64,000 bases of DNA from the NCBI GenBank assembly GCA_001179505.1, contig CDMY01000403.1:21790-85789 (forward strand), read 5' to 3'. The position numbers were made by a program, and so were the translations under genes. Below, piece after piece: positions 23,680 through 38,481 of the stretch (the stretch's first letter is position 1; each line of letters begins with the position of its first letter). This DNA comes from Vitrella brassicaformis CCMP3155 (lineage: Eukaryota; Protista; Chromerida). The notes under the pieces were generated by a model. It had not been told where the DNA came from, ran no database searches, and was given only the letters and a program-made list of their open reading frames with translations.

Positions 23680-25134
23680 GGTGAGGTGAGGGACCTGACG
23701 GGCGGCGGACAGATCAGATCGGATCAGATCAGATCGGCGGACGACGAATCTTTTTCGTCTGCTTCGTTTTGACGTTCACACAACGTACGTACATCTGCAT
23801 TTTTCCCACTCACATGCATCAGATGTATGGCGAAGGCGGCATGTAGGGCTGGCATGGCATGGCACGGCTGGCTGCGCGTGTGCGCGATGTATACTTGTGC
23901 TGATGATAATACGGTGACTTCTGAGTGAGTGAGTGGCTTGAATGCACGCAGGGAGGGAGGGACGGGGGGAGTCGGGTGTTTGTTACTTTAGTTCGCGACT
24001 GACTGAGACTCACAGGAACATGTATCTTGAAGTCAGGTCACTTGACGATGGATGAATTGCGATGATGGATGGTACACGGCCATCCATCCAGCCACAGAGG
24101 CGTCACGTCAAGTGAGACAGGACAGTGAGTGTCACAGAGTCAGGCATTCGAATGCACATGTGAGCTGAGCGCTCATAGGCACATCAGACAGACATGTATC
24201 GAACACACCCACGCATCGCATCCAACCTGAGCCAGTCGGCTGAGGGAGGGAGGGAGGGAGCGAGAGACTGTCGTGATTTGGTAGTCTGGTCGGTTGTCTT
24301 ATTGGAAAATAATAATGCCATCAGGGACGGACGACAAACGTCACTCGCTCAGTCAATTGCGATGAGATGTATACAGCCATCGATCCAGGCAGACAGACAG
24401 ACAGACAGGCAGGCACCACACAGGACAGTGTCACAGAGATATGGATATGTGAGGTTACACCCACACACAGAGCATCAACACACGCACACACACAGAGGGA
24501 GAGTGGGAGCCGGTCGCAGTTTCGACACGCAGCGCTTCCCAGCCAGCTGAGCTACCCACACACACACCCATCCATCCATCCATCCATCCCATATATCAGC
24601 ACATGTATGAGCTACTCGCCACCACCACCCTCTACTGGACCTGGCTGGCTGCATGTATGTGACTGACGGCACGTCTATCGATAAATGCACTAACTACGAC
24701 CCAGCCATGACAAAAAAACTGCCCCTGGCTCCCATACATGGCTCACACGCGCACACATTCATATTCATTCACAGAGCACGGCGGGGAGGGATGGGGGGAG
24801 GGCGCGGCGGGGCGAGGCGAGGCGGGGCGGGCCACACACACGTCATTCTGACCGTGATCGTGCCCACATACAAGCCAGGCCGCCAGCCAATCCACCATCC
24901 ATCCATCCATCCATGTGAGTGATAGCCATGCGTCTCTACATAAGTAATTAGCACTGCACTCCACTGCCTATAAAGACATTCCACATCATATCATATCACA
25001 CCACACCACAAAACACAGCACGCGAGACCAGTAGCACCCACCACCACAACAGACAGACAGACAGACAAAAAAATACATGTATGTATGCACAATGAATTCA
25101 TCAAGTCAGGTAGGTCGTCAGTCAGGTCCCCTAG

Positions 25135-28100
25135 CTAGGGCGATGGCACATCACCCTGCCGCCGCGTGGCCGACGTCTCACTACCGCCTTCAAGACACGC
25201 AGGGGCAACTATGGAACGTGCCACCAACCCCAACACCTCTCTCGACACCTGTCTGGAGCACTCACTGGGCGACGATGATGCCAACGACGGCAGGTGCGAT
25301 ATGAACGGCGGCGAGAACGCCCCCACTCCCTCACCCTCCCCATGACCACAAGAAGCGTCGCCCTCTCCCTCTCCCTCCCTGCCATCTGTCTCGGTCGTCA
25401 CGCCGTCACCTTCGCTTGTGTCCCAGAGAGACGGCGCCGGCTGCTGCCCCACAATCTGCTGCCCCGAGATCAGCTGCCCCGCTTTGGTGCCGCTGTCGCC
25501 CTCGCGATTGTTGTTGTCACTTGCACACATCGAGATGGTCTTGGTGGGCTCAGGGGCGGTGTGGGTGTGGGTGTGGGAGTGAGAGTCATTCTTTGGGCCG
25601 ATGAGGGACAGGATAACAGGCAGCAGGATGATCCCGTGGCCGAAGCCGATCCACAAGACCTGATGGTTGGTTGAAGGCAGGGAGGAAGGGAGAGAGAAAC
25701 GGGGCATTGTGTGCGTGGGGGGGTGGTTGGTGCAGTGAGTGCTTACGAGAGTCATCATTCTGAAAAAGATAACGAAAATGAAGCTCCTCATGGTGAGGAT
25801 GACCAGCATGGACAGGAACGTCGAGACCACACCCTGCAGCAGCGGATTGCCCATCAGGATCAGCGTCTCAGCAACCCTATACACACACACATCACCAGCC
25901 AAAATGCATACCTAGTCCATTCCCCTCCTCTCATACGCGGCCGTTGCAGTCATACCTGTGATTGCGGGTGGGCCCGACACAGTGGGAGAAGGTGTGGCAC
26001 ATGTGGGTCTGAACAAACCAACACAGCACAGAGAGAGAGAGAGAGAGAGTGAGCAGTGTGACAAAAGTATGACGTGTGTGAGCTCATGACATGACCTCTT
26101 TTCTTTTGCCTTACTACACTGACCGTGTAGTCGACGGAGAACCCGACAGAGAGGATGAGGCAGACCATGGACATCATGTTGAGCTTCAGGTCCCAGAAGT
26201 CCAAGAACCCAAACAGGCCCACGTCGATGGTCACGAGCATCACCATCACCAACACCCAACACTGCCAGTCCCTCATCAGGAACATCGACACCTAAACATA
26301 TACACACACACACACACATGGACACATCCACACACACCTCGCCATGTCCCCTTGGTGCCCCCACTCACCAGGAGCACAGCGATGAGCGCATATCCCATGT
26401 TGAGGAGGGTCGACTGCACGATTGACACGTCCTGCTCGTAATAAGGGAAGTACTCGCCATAGGGGAAGCACTCAAGCCCTCCAGGCCCCTCGGCTGCGAT
26501 GTGGCAGTCCTCACGGCTGCGCGTCATCAGCTTGGCACCCGACACGTCAGGACTAGCGAAAAAACGCAACTTGTAGGCAAGCAGATTTTCCCTCTCTGGC
26601 ATGACACACACACGCACACAAACACATATACACACAAATGGAAGCGTGAAAGGCCGTGCTCGAGCGCTGTGTGTGGGGGTGCACCTCACCTTCGTCGAAT
26701 TTGAAGTCGCTGGCGAGGATCTTGATCTCTTTCTTAGAGAGGAACTTTCTCAGCCTGTTTGTGAGCGAGCGGCACACAGAGGGATGTGTGTACGTTTGGG
26801 TGCGAAGGTCTGTCTGTGTATCTCCCTCTCTGTCCAGACAGCTTACTCGGCGGTGAATCCCTGGGGGTCGTCCTCCTCCTCCTCCAGTGTGGCCTGGTCG
26901 GTGCGGGTGTAGAATTCGTACATTCCCGAGAAGACCTGGTCCGACGCGTAGCCGCCGCTCCGTAACCGATCCTCATACGCCATGTACTCCTCCTGTGGAG
27001 AAAGAAACACACACAGCGCACGCAGCACATGTATGCCGTGTGTGCCGTGCCAGCCAGTCGTCCCCGCACTCAACCAACTCACCCGGACTTCTTTCTTCCA
27101 CCACTCCTGTCGGTTTGGGAAGACTACAAAGACGTCCTCGCCGTAGGAGGTGAAGCTGGTGAAGTAGCGACTCCAGAACACCCTGTAGTACGAGTCCTCA
27201 GGCGTCAGCCACAAGAGATCCAAACCGGTCGTCATGCGCGTCACGCCCCACACAGACACGGCAAGGTACCCGGCGAACAGCAGCAGAGTCACCACCTGCA
27301 TAAGCACATGTGGGGTAGGGACGGTAAATGATCTTTCCCTCTGCCACCATTGCTGTATCTGCGTGTGTCTGTGTGTGTACCTACCTTGACAGCAGGGATG
27401 GTGACCCATCTGCCCCAGAATCGCCTGAACGCCCACCGCACCTTCCGCCCAACTGTGCCAACTGGCTCCTCCACATCGGCCATGGGGCCGTCCCGCGCCT
27501 CGTCCCAGCCATCCTCATAACCCAGATGCACGCCGAAAAAGCCGCCACTGCTGCACCCGTGTTGCCGTGAGCTGCTTGTGGTGCTGGTGGTGCTTGTGGT
27601 GCTGGCCCTTCTCTGCCTGATGGTGAGCTCTTGCGCCTTCAGCTGCAGAGCCGCGAGCTCGAAGGTGTCGAGGGCGGCGGGAGGGGGGGATGAGGTGCGG
27701 CTGGGGGTGGAGGGGTGGGACGCTGAGATGCTCACCGAATGGTGCTCCTGCTCGTGCTCTGGCTCGGTGGTACTGTCCGGCTGTGGCTGCTCTGGATCGT
27801 GGTGTTCTTCAGCAGCTGGTGGCGGTGGCGGTTGTGCTGATTTTAGTGCTGGTGTTGGTGTGGATGATCGCCTCCTCTTTCTGCAGGTGTTGCACCATGT
27901 CTCGAGGTACGGCCCCTTGCCGGCCGCCTCACGCTTGGCGTCCAGACACACACTGGCGAGAAAGAAGGTGAGGGCGTAGAAGTAGCCCTGAAAAAGAAAG
28001 GGGGTCAAGCAGCAAGACAGAGGCATCCATGATCACGGATGAAGGCATATGTGTGTTTCTTGTATGTGTGTTGATGATTGTGGGGCAGGCTGGCCACTAG

Positions 28101-30056
28101 ACCCACCATGAGCAGTGCCAAGAAGGTGATGATGCAGAAGTTGCGGATGGAGAGGTAGTCGCTCGACGCACCCACACCAAACGCAATCAGATTGGTCAGA
28201 GTGGTGATCGTTATCGATATGCCTGAATGCATGCACCATACCAACAAGCGTACACACAGAGAGAGAGAGAGAGAGAGACAATTGCAGCAACACGCTTTCC
28301 CTCCGACGGCACCAGCCAGATTTTATTATCCAAGAAAGAACGTACCGCAGTCTTTGATGGCGACGGCCACCCGCTCCCTGGGGTCGGTCACCTTGACGGC
28401 CAGTGCGTAGCTGTTGAATATCACAAACATGTCGTCGACGCCGATGCCCATGCAGAGGAAAGGGGTCGCCTCGATGGGCGGCACGTGCACGAATCCCAGG
28501 CTGTAGTACAGACCCGCAGAGAACATCACCGCCCACAGCACCGCAAAACAACCGAAAAATGCCGGCAGGGACCTGCAAGAGACAGACAGACAGACAGACG
28601 TTGACGCATCCATCCCTCGGCATACAAACAAACAAGCATACTTGGATCGGTGCGGTATGGTGGAGAAGTTGACGATGGCGCAGTATGAGAAGATGATGAT
28701 GCCGCCGATGACATAGCGCGCATAGTCGAGCAGCCCCAGCCGCGTGCTCTCCTCGAGCTCGTCGTCGACCGACCGCCGGGCGTTGCGCACCAGCCTCACG
28801 CCGATCTCCTCGAACACCGGTATCTGCTCCCACACCAAATCGAGCCAGGCCTGCTCCCACGCCAGCAACACCGGATCCCAAAAGTCGTCCGAACCATTAC
28901 GACGCAGCAGCCACCGGAACAGCAGGGCTGCACACACGCCAAGGGGTAGATAGAGGAGCAGTGAGTGATGCGAATGCGCATGCCTATGAGTGGTGGCTCG
29001 CTCACCTTCAGCGGCTTTGACCTTGCATCCTTCGATGCATCCTTCCGGTTCGAGTGTCACGTTGGCGGCGAGAAGGGGGACGGGCCAACGGATGAGAGAG
29101 CTGTCGTTGCGGGACCAGCTGCTGTCAAGCCGAAACTGGAGGTGGTACGGGTAGTTGAGGCTCTTGGTGAAGTCGACCTCATAGCTACACGCACACAAAC
29201 ACAAATAAACAACCATCACAGCGTGTGCGCGTGTGGTGCCCTGTCCCCGCCCCTCCCTCCCTCCCTCCCTCTGTTTCCCTCTTCACTCACTTCCTGTCGT
29301 CGCCATAGTCGGTCTTCCACTCCTTGGGTGGGTAGAGCTGCACGACGCTCTCATGCTCACACCGCCCTGTGCCGTCCTTGACACACACGGACTCATATCG
29401 TGGGTCTTCATACCCATACGTCTTCCCGTCCACAGTCACAGTCAGGTTGGCCACCTGCCGGTCCAAACGGTCGAGGGCCCGCAGTATGTGTGCCTGCAGC
29501 AGGTTCTGGCCGTCAATGCCCTCCACAAGCAGGTAGGTCACCCTGGGCATGGTGCCAAACAGCTCCGTCAGCCTGGCCTGATCCTGAAGGAGCAGAGAAA
29601 AGGACAGCAGCAAAGGGGAGAGAGAGAGAGAGAAATCTTCATCCATCTGTGTGTGTCTGATTGGTGGACAGACGGACGGACCTGCATGGCCTGCGAGTCA
29701 GGTATAGCGTACAGCTTCATGGGCGCGTACTCCTCTGTCCGGTTCAGAATTCCAACACCCATCAGCAAAGCCATCAACACAGGCACCCAGATGAACTGAC
29801 ACACACACACACACATAGAAGGGCACATGTGAACAAACGGGACACCTGAAATCTTCCTTTCCTCGATCCCTCCCTCGTTCTTTGGTTCCTTTCCTTTCCT
29901 TTGGCTCCTTACCCAGCATGGGAAGTCGTACACGAACAAGGTGTACCGATAAAAGCCTTCGTTGATCCCATCCACCAGCCGCTCCTTCACCCTCTGGAAC
30001 AGCCCCCTCACCTCCCCCAGCCGACACCAAACCCCCTTCTTCGCATCTCCGGCCAT
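25135..30056 (-). CDS. Patched/NPC1-family sterol-sensing-domain RND transporter
   Basis: N-terminal TM; SSD with EATPFLCMGIGVDDMFVI and SITITTLTNLIAFGVGASSDYLSIRNFC; second TM bundle LNMMSMVCLILSVGFSVDYT and GFGHGIILLPVILSLIGP; many GT-AG introns with (GT)n tracts. Confidence 0.9.
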
Positions 30057-30438
30057 CGCCGGCTCACCAACAGACCAACCCTCTCGCCGTCGTGCTCGTC
30101 CTTCCGAAGATCAGCAAGCAGGCCGGAAAGATCTGGGCACCCTGTGTACAGCGGTTGAGAGGGAGCGGTTCGGACGCCTCCGCTTGGTCTAAAAGCAAAA
30201 CTCCCGTCGCGGTAGGTGGATCAGTCGCTCAGGGATAGGACGGGGGCTTTCCCAATTTGCGAGCTTGGCTTCTCGCGGATTTCGTTTTAGTTCTTCGCCC
30301 TAAAGCACCGCGAGTTCAGAAAAGGGGGAGAAGCAAATCCCGGCGCGTTGAAGAGAAGCAGGCACGTGGAGGGACGTGACTGAGACTATCGCATCCATCA
30401 TCATCGACTAGCAGCGTCTGTTGGAGTCTGTTGGCGAT

Positions 30439-33400
30439 ATGCTGGGCCCTCAGGACGAGCGCCTGGGTCTGCACTCCACCGATGTGGCCCGCCCGCTGCC
30501 CCTCACCGACCCCATTGTGCATGCGCGAGGCCACACGGAGGACGAGCTGCTCGAGCAAATCTCCCACCTCAAGCAGGAGATTGAGGACCTGCGAGACTAT
30601 GGCGACCGTGTTACCAAGGAGCTGCGGCGCTACCAGGCGCTCGGGCGCGCCATGCCGTCCGAGACGGAGGCGGACGACGACTCGCCTCTGCCGCCGTGGG
30701 CGATGAACATGCCTCTGATGAGCCCGCTGCTCATCGCCTATGACGACCGAGTGCGGGACCTCGAGTCGCTGGTGGAGCGGCGGCAGCTGGAGCTCCGGTC
30801 GCTGGGCGAGCAGACGCAGCAGCTGGTCAAGGAGAACGAGGACCTGCTGGCCGAGTGCAAGGAGAAGACGGAGGCCCTCAGGAGGTACCACCAGGACGCA
30901 TCGGGTGAGTGAGGCGCATGCAGCGCACGCGCTATGGTCGCCATAGTGCATCCATTCGTTCATTCATCTGTCCATCGTGTTATGCAGGCATCGGTCGCAG
31001 CGAGGCGGCCGCCATAGAGGAGAGGGAGGAGCTGGCGGAGCTGTACAAGCTCTCTTGTGAGCAGAACGAGGTGCTGGTCGAGCAGAACCAGCTCATGAAG
31101 CAGCAGCTCGACGCCGCCCAGCGTGCCATGGAGGAGCTGCAGCAGCGGGCGGGCACTGAGGCGCAGAGGGCCGAGGAGGCCGACAAGGTCCAGAAGCGCC
31201 TCACCGCCGAGGCGGCCCAGCTCAACGAACAGAGGAAAGCCGCAGAGCAGCAGCTGGCGGAGCTCAATGCTCAGGTAGGACGCAAGAGGACTGACTGACT
31301 GACTGACTGGCCACGCCACGCTTTCACTGTTGATTGCCTGTGTGTCAGTACACGTCAGCGCTTGACGACCGTGTTGCCCTCGACCGTCGTGTGGAGGAGC
31401 TGCAGGCCGATGTGCAGCATACCAAGCGGCTCGCAGAAGAGTCCAGGAGAAAGCTGGAAGTCAGTACAGTTACCACACACGGGCATGTGACACAGGCACC
31501 CACGCACACGAAAAGGCACAACGTATCGGCCGATGCAATCAATGCGTGTGTTTGTGTGTGTATGTGTTTAGGAGAGTTGTCACCGTTACGAGTTGGAGCG
31601 TCAGGACCTGACGACCAAGTGCGAGCGGCTGGAGCATCGCGAGAAGGACCTCACGCACGCACTGTCAGCCATGGAACAGGACCTCAGGACTACAGCCGAT
31701 AAGCAGAGGTATGTCTGTATGTCGCTATAAACCTGGGAGGCCATATCCATGCAGAGAAGGACAGACGGTGCTGCTGGTGGGGTGGGGACCGGCCGGTCAG
31801 GCAAGCTCGTCGGGAGGCTGACGTACTCAAGAAGGAACAGGATAACGTACGTACGTGGGATTTGCACTGCACGCCTGCGGGGAGGGGAACAGACAGACAG
31901 ACAAAGGCAAACATAATTATTGTCGTCTCCGAGCAATCAACCATTGGCGTCTGTGTGCTGCCTACCTGTCTGCAGCTGACCAAGTCGATTGCGGTGTTGG
32001 AGCAGAAGTATCAGGAGACGAAGCGACAGCTGGAGCAGGTCAGGGCAGGTCGCCGTCAGACACGGATACACTCATATATCAGCACTATCTGCTGATGTGT
32101 CACCAGGAGCAGACGCGTCACCAGGAGCAGCGGCGCCAGGCCGACCAGCTCATACTCGACAAAGAACGGGCCGTCGCGTCAGAACAAAACCTCAAGCAAC
32201 ACGTATGTAACCACTCTCACCCCACCCACCACTCAGCCGACACACGTCTGTGTCGGTTGGTCAGTTTACACATCGATTTGGTTTGGTGTGTATGGGGTGC
32301 AGGCCGATCGTTTGGAGCGCCAGCTGACCACTGAGGTGCAGGGGCTGCGGGACAAGCACCAGGCGGAGCTCACGGCCAAGACAGCCGCACTGCAGACCAA
32401 ACTCAACTCGCTTGAGGAAACGGTACACACACACACACACACACCCGCCAACACGAAATGCGGCCACTTCTGTGTGTGTGCACCGCTGTGTGTGTGTCAG
32501 TTGAGCACGTTGGAGCGTGCTAAGGCTGAAGCGGTTGCCGTGGAGGAGGCGGCCACTCGGCAGAAACGATTGGCCGAGGAGGAGCTGCAGCGAACCACCA
32601 CCACCACACAGGCACGTCCCCGTCACCTCCCGTCACCTCACAATGAGCAGCCCCGTTGATTGTGTGTTGTGTCTGGCGGGCGATTGTGATCTAGGCGGAG
32701 GTATCTCGCGTGCAGAACCTGCTGAGGGAGGTGCAGGAGGTCAGCCAGTCACCGCCCATGTGTGTGTGTGTGTGTGTGTATGTTCTCTTTGTCCGTTCTC
32801 TTTGCAGGCCCGTTTGACAGCCGAGCGTCATGTGGACAGTCTGGAGGAGCAGCTCAAGGCTTCCAAGGACACTCTCAGCTCTAAGACCGCAGAGTGGACC
32901 GAACAGATTAAGGACGCACAGGTACGTGCCCGTGTGTGCGTATGGTGGGTGGGCTGGTGAGGCAGCCCACCCACTCTCATGCAAATGTGTGTCCCCCCCT
33001 CGTCTCTCAGCGTCAGGCGGAGGGCCTTCGCCAGCAGCTGCAGACCATCCAGCAGGTGCACACACATCACATGCATCACATAGCAGAGCAGGGCGAGGCG
33101 ACACACACCCACACCACACCCAGAGAGGAAACTCCCTGCTCGACGCTCGATGCGCAACCGTTCGTGTGGATGTGTTTGCATGACATCCACCCACTTATTC
33201 ATCAGGCGATGAGCAGCGTTGAGGAGGAGAAGCGCAACCTCCAGTACTCCCTCGACCAACTCATCAGGGACAAGGGGAACGCCATCGCGGTGTGTCACAC
33301 CCCTCCTCCCTCCCTACACCCCCCCCCACACACATTCATGTGCCTGTTCCCCCTTGTAAAGTGTGTGTGTGTGTGCTCTGCTCTTTATGTATGGTGCAGG

Positions 33401-33969
33401 CAGCCGAGTCGGGTCGTCAGCGGATGATGCGTGATTTCGAGGAGGAGCGGTGTGCCCTCGAGGCCCACATCGGCAGCCTGCAGCGGCGCCTCAACGACGT
33501 GCAGGAAAGGGCCAGGAAGGAGGAAACCAAGGCAGCCGAGCTCATCAAGTAACTAACTTACCTTCTAAGTGACACACGCACGACCACAGCGTACCAACCA
33601 TCCATCGTGATGTGTGTACATCATCTCATCTACTACTGCAGGGCGCAGGAGAGTCTGCGGCAGCGGTGGAAGGACGAATTGGAGAGGGAGAAGGCGGTAA
33701 GCCAGCACGCAACTCCTCCCCCCTACAACACATGCACCGATGGCTATGCTATGCACACAAGATCTCTCGGACCTCTGTCTGTGTCTGTCCGTTATGCATG
33801 CGTGTAGACGTTGGAGCGTGATCTCTCGGCGACCAAGGCGGAGAACCGGCGGCTCAAGAGCCGCCTGCAGAGCACACTGAGGCTGGCCTGCCTGCAGGCC
33901 ACCGAGCCCGCCTGCCCCCTCTCGCCGCGACGGATGCCGCCGCCCGACTGTCCTCTCGCCAGTGTGTAG
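30439..33969 (+). CDS. CEP89: Long coiled-coil protein, CEP89 (CCDC123)-like centriole distal-appendage protein
   Basis: LPPWAMNMPLMSPLLIAYDDRVRDL...QQLVKENEDL resembles the conserved CEP89 block as I recall it (PWL...LSPLLLAYED...VVKENE); heptad-rich exons continue to the stop at 33967-33969. Start uncertain. Confidence 0.6.
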
Positions 33970-35289
33970 CGCTCATAGATAACATAACATAACATAACGG
34001 ACGCACCGCAACATCTGTCTGCACGCATCTCTGTCTGGTCTGCGTGTGTGCATACAAAGGGAGACAGACTGGATGGATGCATGGGACTTCATGGGGGCTG
34101 GTTTTGATGGATTGATGCTGTAGGTGTTGCTTTTCATGGATGGATGGATGTGTGTTGGTGACCACGCGTGATCAATCCATATGAAATGAAGGTGATACGA
34201 ACGTCGGAACGTGCACATCACACACAATCGGAAAAGATCCACTGATGAAGTGTCACGTCATCAAAGGGAATGAGCCCGTCGGTCTGTTATCCATCCACCC
34301 ACCGTTGTACCAGCAACTGTGAGTCCATCCATCCATCCATCGACTCACGACCGCAACGACCCACCAACACCGCGGTACTAGGCTGGCTGGGGATGCTTAG
34401 CATGCCCACGGCAACAGGCAGATGGGCAGCGGGAGACAGACAGACAGGCAGATAGAGACGAGGTTTTTCATCTGCGCAAACAGGTAGGGATTTCAGCAAG
34501 TATATGTCCATCCATCCATCTATCCAGGCTGCAAAGAGAAAGGCAGGGACAGGATGTAATGAGCATGCAGGGGGTTTCTGTGTCCATGCAGGTCACTTCT
34601 GTGTCCAGGTCACTTCTGTGTCGCACTTGGATGGGTACTCTATGGAGAGAGCTATGTTTGTATGGGCATCCATCTCTCTTTCGCTCTCCGTGTGTGTGGG
34701 CGTGGCGTCCTGTTTGCGAATGAGACCCAATCATTCAGCCTGTAAGGATTCAGCTTAGGTTAGTCACTTAGTGTCCTCTGCATGCATGCACCTATTCATC
34801 CCATGCAGGATACGCCGCCAGACCATCCATCCATCCATCCATCCACTCCACACCCCACACCGTGCCAGCCACCATTGACCGTTCATCTCGTGCAGACGCA
34901 CGCACCGTCCTATCCCTAGGCCGCAAGTCTGTCTCCCCCACACACGCACCGAACGCCACCCACTCATTCCTTCGGTCAGACAGTCGGGAAAAGGAAAAAT
35001 AAATCACTCGGTCAGTCAGGCACCCAGGCAGCTGGATCGATGCGCTCGAAACAAAACTTTGATAGGCAGGTAGGCAGGTAAGCAGGCAGCCATGTGGCAC
35101 GGGGTAGAGAATTGTGGGAGGGCAGCCGTCCACCCACCTCATTTCTGTGGGTGGCATGCCCTCCGTCACATATATACGGCGATCGATCCGCATACGGCCA
35201 ACCAGTCAGCGAGTACGTATATGTATATGTGTGTGTATGTATGTGTGTGTGTGTGTGTGTATGTATTGATTGTTGTTGTTGTTGTTGAT

Positions 35290-37796
35290 CTATTTGACTT
35301 GCTGCATGACGGTGTTGTAGCGGTCCGCGTTGCGCTGGAGGATGTGCTCCACCGGTCCTGAGTGAACACACAGCGACACGCATCCATCGCATGCACCCAG
35401 ATGAATGAATGGCTGGGCGGACATGCATACGGCCGTTCGTTCATTGCCCTCCACTCACTCCCGTATGTACCGAGTAGTCGCTTGAAGCTTTTGCGGTCCA
35501 AAGTCACACACTTCACCTCACCCTGAATGCGATGCGCACACATGGAAGAGTGGCTCTCTGCATTGCATCTCTCTGTGTGGAGATCTTTCTTTCGTGTCTC
35601 ACTGACTGACCTTGGCCTTGACGGTAGCAGCACGTGGCTGGTTCTTGATCAAAGCGAGCTCACCGAAGTAGTCACCTGTGTGTATGTATGGTGGCCCCTT
35701 ACTCGTCGTCCTGCTTCTCCATATATAGGCACCTTACTTACCTTTCTTGTAGTCCATGACCTTGCCTGCACCACCCTCCTTGAACGCCTCAGCCTCGCCC
35801 TCCTCTGTTGGTTGGGCGCGGCGCCCCATATATCAATCACATAACATACACAGACAGAAGGGATGTGCAGTTGATGTGATGCCTCGCTGTGCATACTGAG
35901 TACCGATGATGTAGAACTTGTCCCCCTCGTCGCCTTGCTTCACGATCACCTCGCCGTCCTGACACACACAGCCAGGCCACGGACAGTAAGTATACTTGCC
36001 GGTGGTCTGGCCGGGTGCGTGTGTGTGTGTGTGTATACCTTGAATGCGGCAGTCTTGAGTGCGTCAGCAAGTTTGGACCGCTCGTAGGCGTCCATCTCCT
36101 TGAGCAACTCCACCTGACACGACACGGGTCGATGGATGCTTTGGCTGTCTGCCTGTCTGTCTGTCTGGCAGTGCCTTGCCTGCATACGCACCTTCTCGAG
36201 GAACCCCTGGTACATTTCGCGTTTCTTCTGCGCGGCGTCCTTGACAATGTTGTTGAAACTCTCCCGGTCCAACTTCCTGCAGCACCCATCCCATCCACAC
36301 ACAGCAACACATGGAAAGCCATGGGGTGAGTGCACGTGTGTGTCCGGCGGCCGACCAGAGACGTCCCTGCTTTGTGCACTTGACAGTGGCGGCCCGGGGG
36401 CAGTTGTACCTGTGGAGGCAGGCATGAGACACGCACAGACAGAGAGCAGAGACCACATGATGGATCCGATCCACATGTGAGCATTTCTGCTGGCTGCGAG
36501 TGTGTTTGACTGACAGGAGTGCGAGCTCCCCGAAGGCCTGTCCGCCTTCATACGAGGCCACCTGATCTTCAACCCCTGTCTCCTTCTGCTCACAACATAC
36601 ATGCAAAAGACTCACATGTGTGTGCGCGTTGGGTGTGCACCCGTCTGGTCTGGGGCATGCAGCCAGCCTGCCTACCGATTTCTTGGTGACGATGAATTCG
36701 CCGGTTTCCACGAGGTAAAGGAAGTCGCCGTCCTCGCCTTGAGTGATGACCACATCGCCGTCGCTGCAAACACACACACGGGCACACCGGAGGCTCCATG
36801 TGTCTGGAGGGGTGGGTGTGTGGGTCAGTGGGGATGGCGTGTGTGGGTGCTACGTACACGACCAGCATCTCCTTGAAGGCATCGATGACCGTCTTGAGAT
36901 CCTTCTCGTCCAAACTCTGACGACAGACGAGTGATGGGCGGATGGAAGGATGAGTGAGTGTGTGTGTGTGACCCCACCCCCCTCCCCTCCGACCTGGAAC
37001 AGGAACGAGTTGTTGATGGCATTGCGGATGCACGTCTTCTGCTCGTCCGTCTTGGGGTACACCTGAAGGGCGCAACCACGTGACGTGCTGTGTGCCGTGT
37101 CTCTGCGTCTGTGTGACGGAGGGGGAGGGGAGGCGGTGCTGACCGGTGCGGTGAAGGCTTGTTTTTTGTTAAATTCGCCATATGCCTCGGCACTGACACT
37201 CGTGCGGGGCTTCTTGCCGTAGTTGGCGGGCGTCTGGACACACAAAGATGGAGAGACATGCCGGGACGTGTGAGCAAGGAAAGAGAGTGTGTGTGTCCGA
37301 ACAAAAAGGGTCAGGTCGGCGACTTCATCGTCCTCATCCTCGTCTTCGTCCTCGTCGTCGGCCTCCTCTGTAGAGGCACATACGCACACACATGCACGCA
37401 GAAGGATGGGAGTTGCTGGCCGATGGGTGCATGTCACTGGCTGCTGCACGTCACGTTGGTCACTTTCAGGGTCTTCGGTAGCGCCCTCGACCTTCTTGTA
37501 CTTGTGCTCCTCTTCCTCCTTCACACGCATCTCGCCGCTGTCCACCCCGCACAGTTGGGTACAACACCTGCACACACCCAGAGAGAGCACACAGAGCAGA
37601 CAGAAGGATGGCGGCTCCCTCGCCTCGTGTGTGTTCTCCGTCTCCCTCCCCTCTCCCCTCCTCCCCTCTCCTCTCCTCCCCTCCCCGCCCTGCGTGTGTC
37701 AAACCCCGGTGAACCGGCTTACTTGCACTGCAGGAGCCAAAGGAATCTCTCATACAAGGTCATAGGCTGAGCCTCCTGCTTCACCTCCTCACTCAT
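35290..37796 (-). CDS. PKAr: cAMP-dependent protein kinase regulatory subunit
   Basis: Inhibitor site KPRTSVSAEAYG; two cNMP-binding domains (VITQGEDGDFLYLVETG...FGELALLYNCPRAATV and VKQGDEGDKFYIIEEG...YFGELALIKNQPRAATV); ends DRYNTVMQQVK-stop. Confidence 0.93.
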
Positions 37797-38481
37797 CGAC
37801 CTGACCTGCCTTCTCTTGTCGCAATACGCTCACAAATGAGGGAGGCAGCTCAGGGAGCCCCAGTCGGTATATATGCAGCCCTCGTGTGGTCCGGGAGAGC
37901 CGGCTGGTTTGATTGCGCGGTTGGAGACCGAGAAACACCGAGAAATTGCGGAAGCTCTCACCCCTGTGCGCGTCGGTGGTCGAAAGTCGTCACGAGGACC
38001 CGCAAGGGAAGCAGGTGGAAGTTAAGAAGCGGTGTGAACCTCAAGAGAGGGGGGCTTTCACGGTTTTGGCTGGTCCAAGTCGGTGCTTATCTTGCGCTTT
38101 GACAGACAGCACAGCAGCTTTAGGAAATGCTCAGCAGCCTGAAGAAAACTTGAATGCGAGTCTCAGACTGGCTTGGCCCCCCACAGCCCCCACAAGCTCG
38201 CAAAAGGTTGGCAGAGGGAGGACGCCGCCAAAGGGCCTTTGGTACTGGTGATGGTGAAAGCAAAGATGCGGCGGAAGCTCTGGTGCTGACGGAAGTGCGC
38301 TTTCCAGACGCGATCTCTCCTGGTGCCACAGCGGCTTCGGAGGCAGAAGGCAGCTCAGCAGGACGACAGACAACCCTATCAGACGCACCCCGCACCGGCC
38401 ACACAAGCGTGGCCCTCCCCGCCACCACGAGACGAAGCAAACGCCGCACCTCACCGGCAGTGAGGGCTGGCAGACGTCAGA

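Noticed and set aside
23700-25100. Short tandem units (GATCA, CCAT, CAGA) as a CRISPR-like or structured array
   Set aside because: Simple microsatellites with no repeat-spacer periodicity, in a eukaryotic context.
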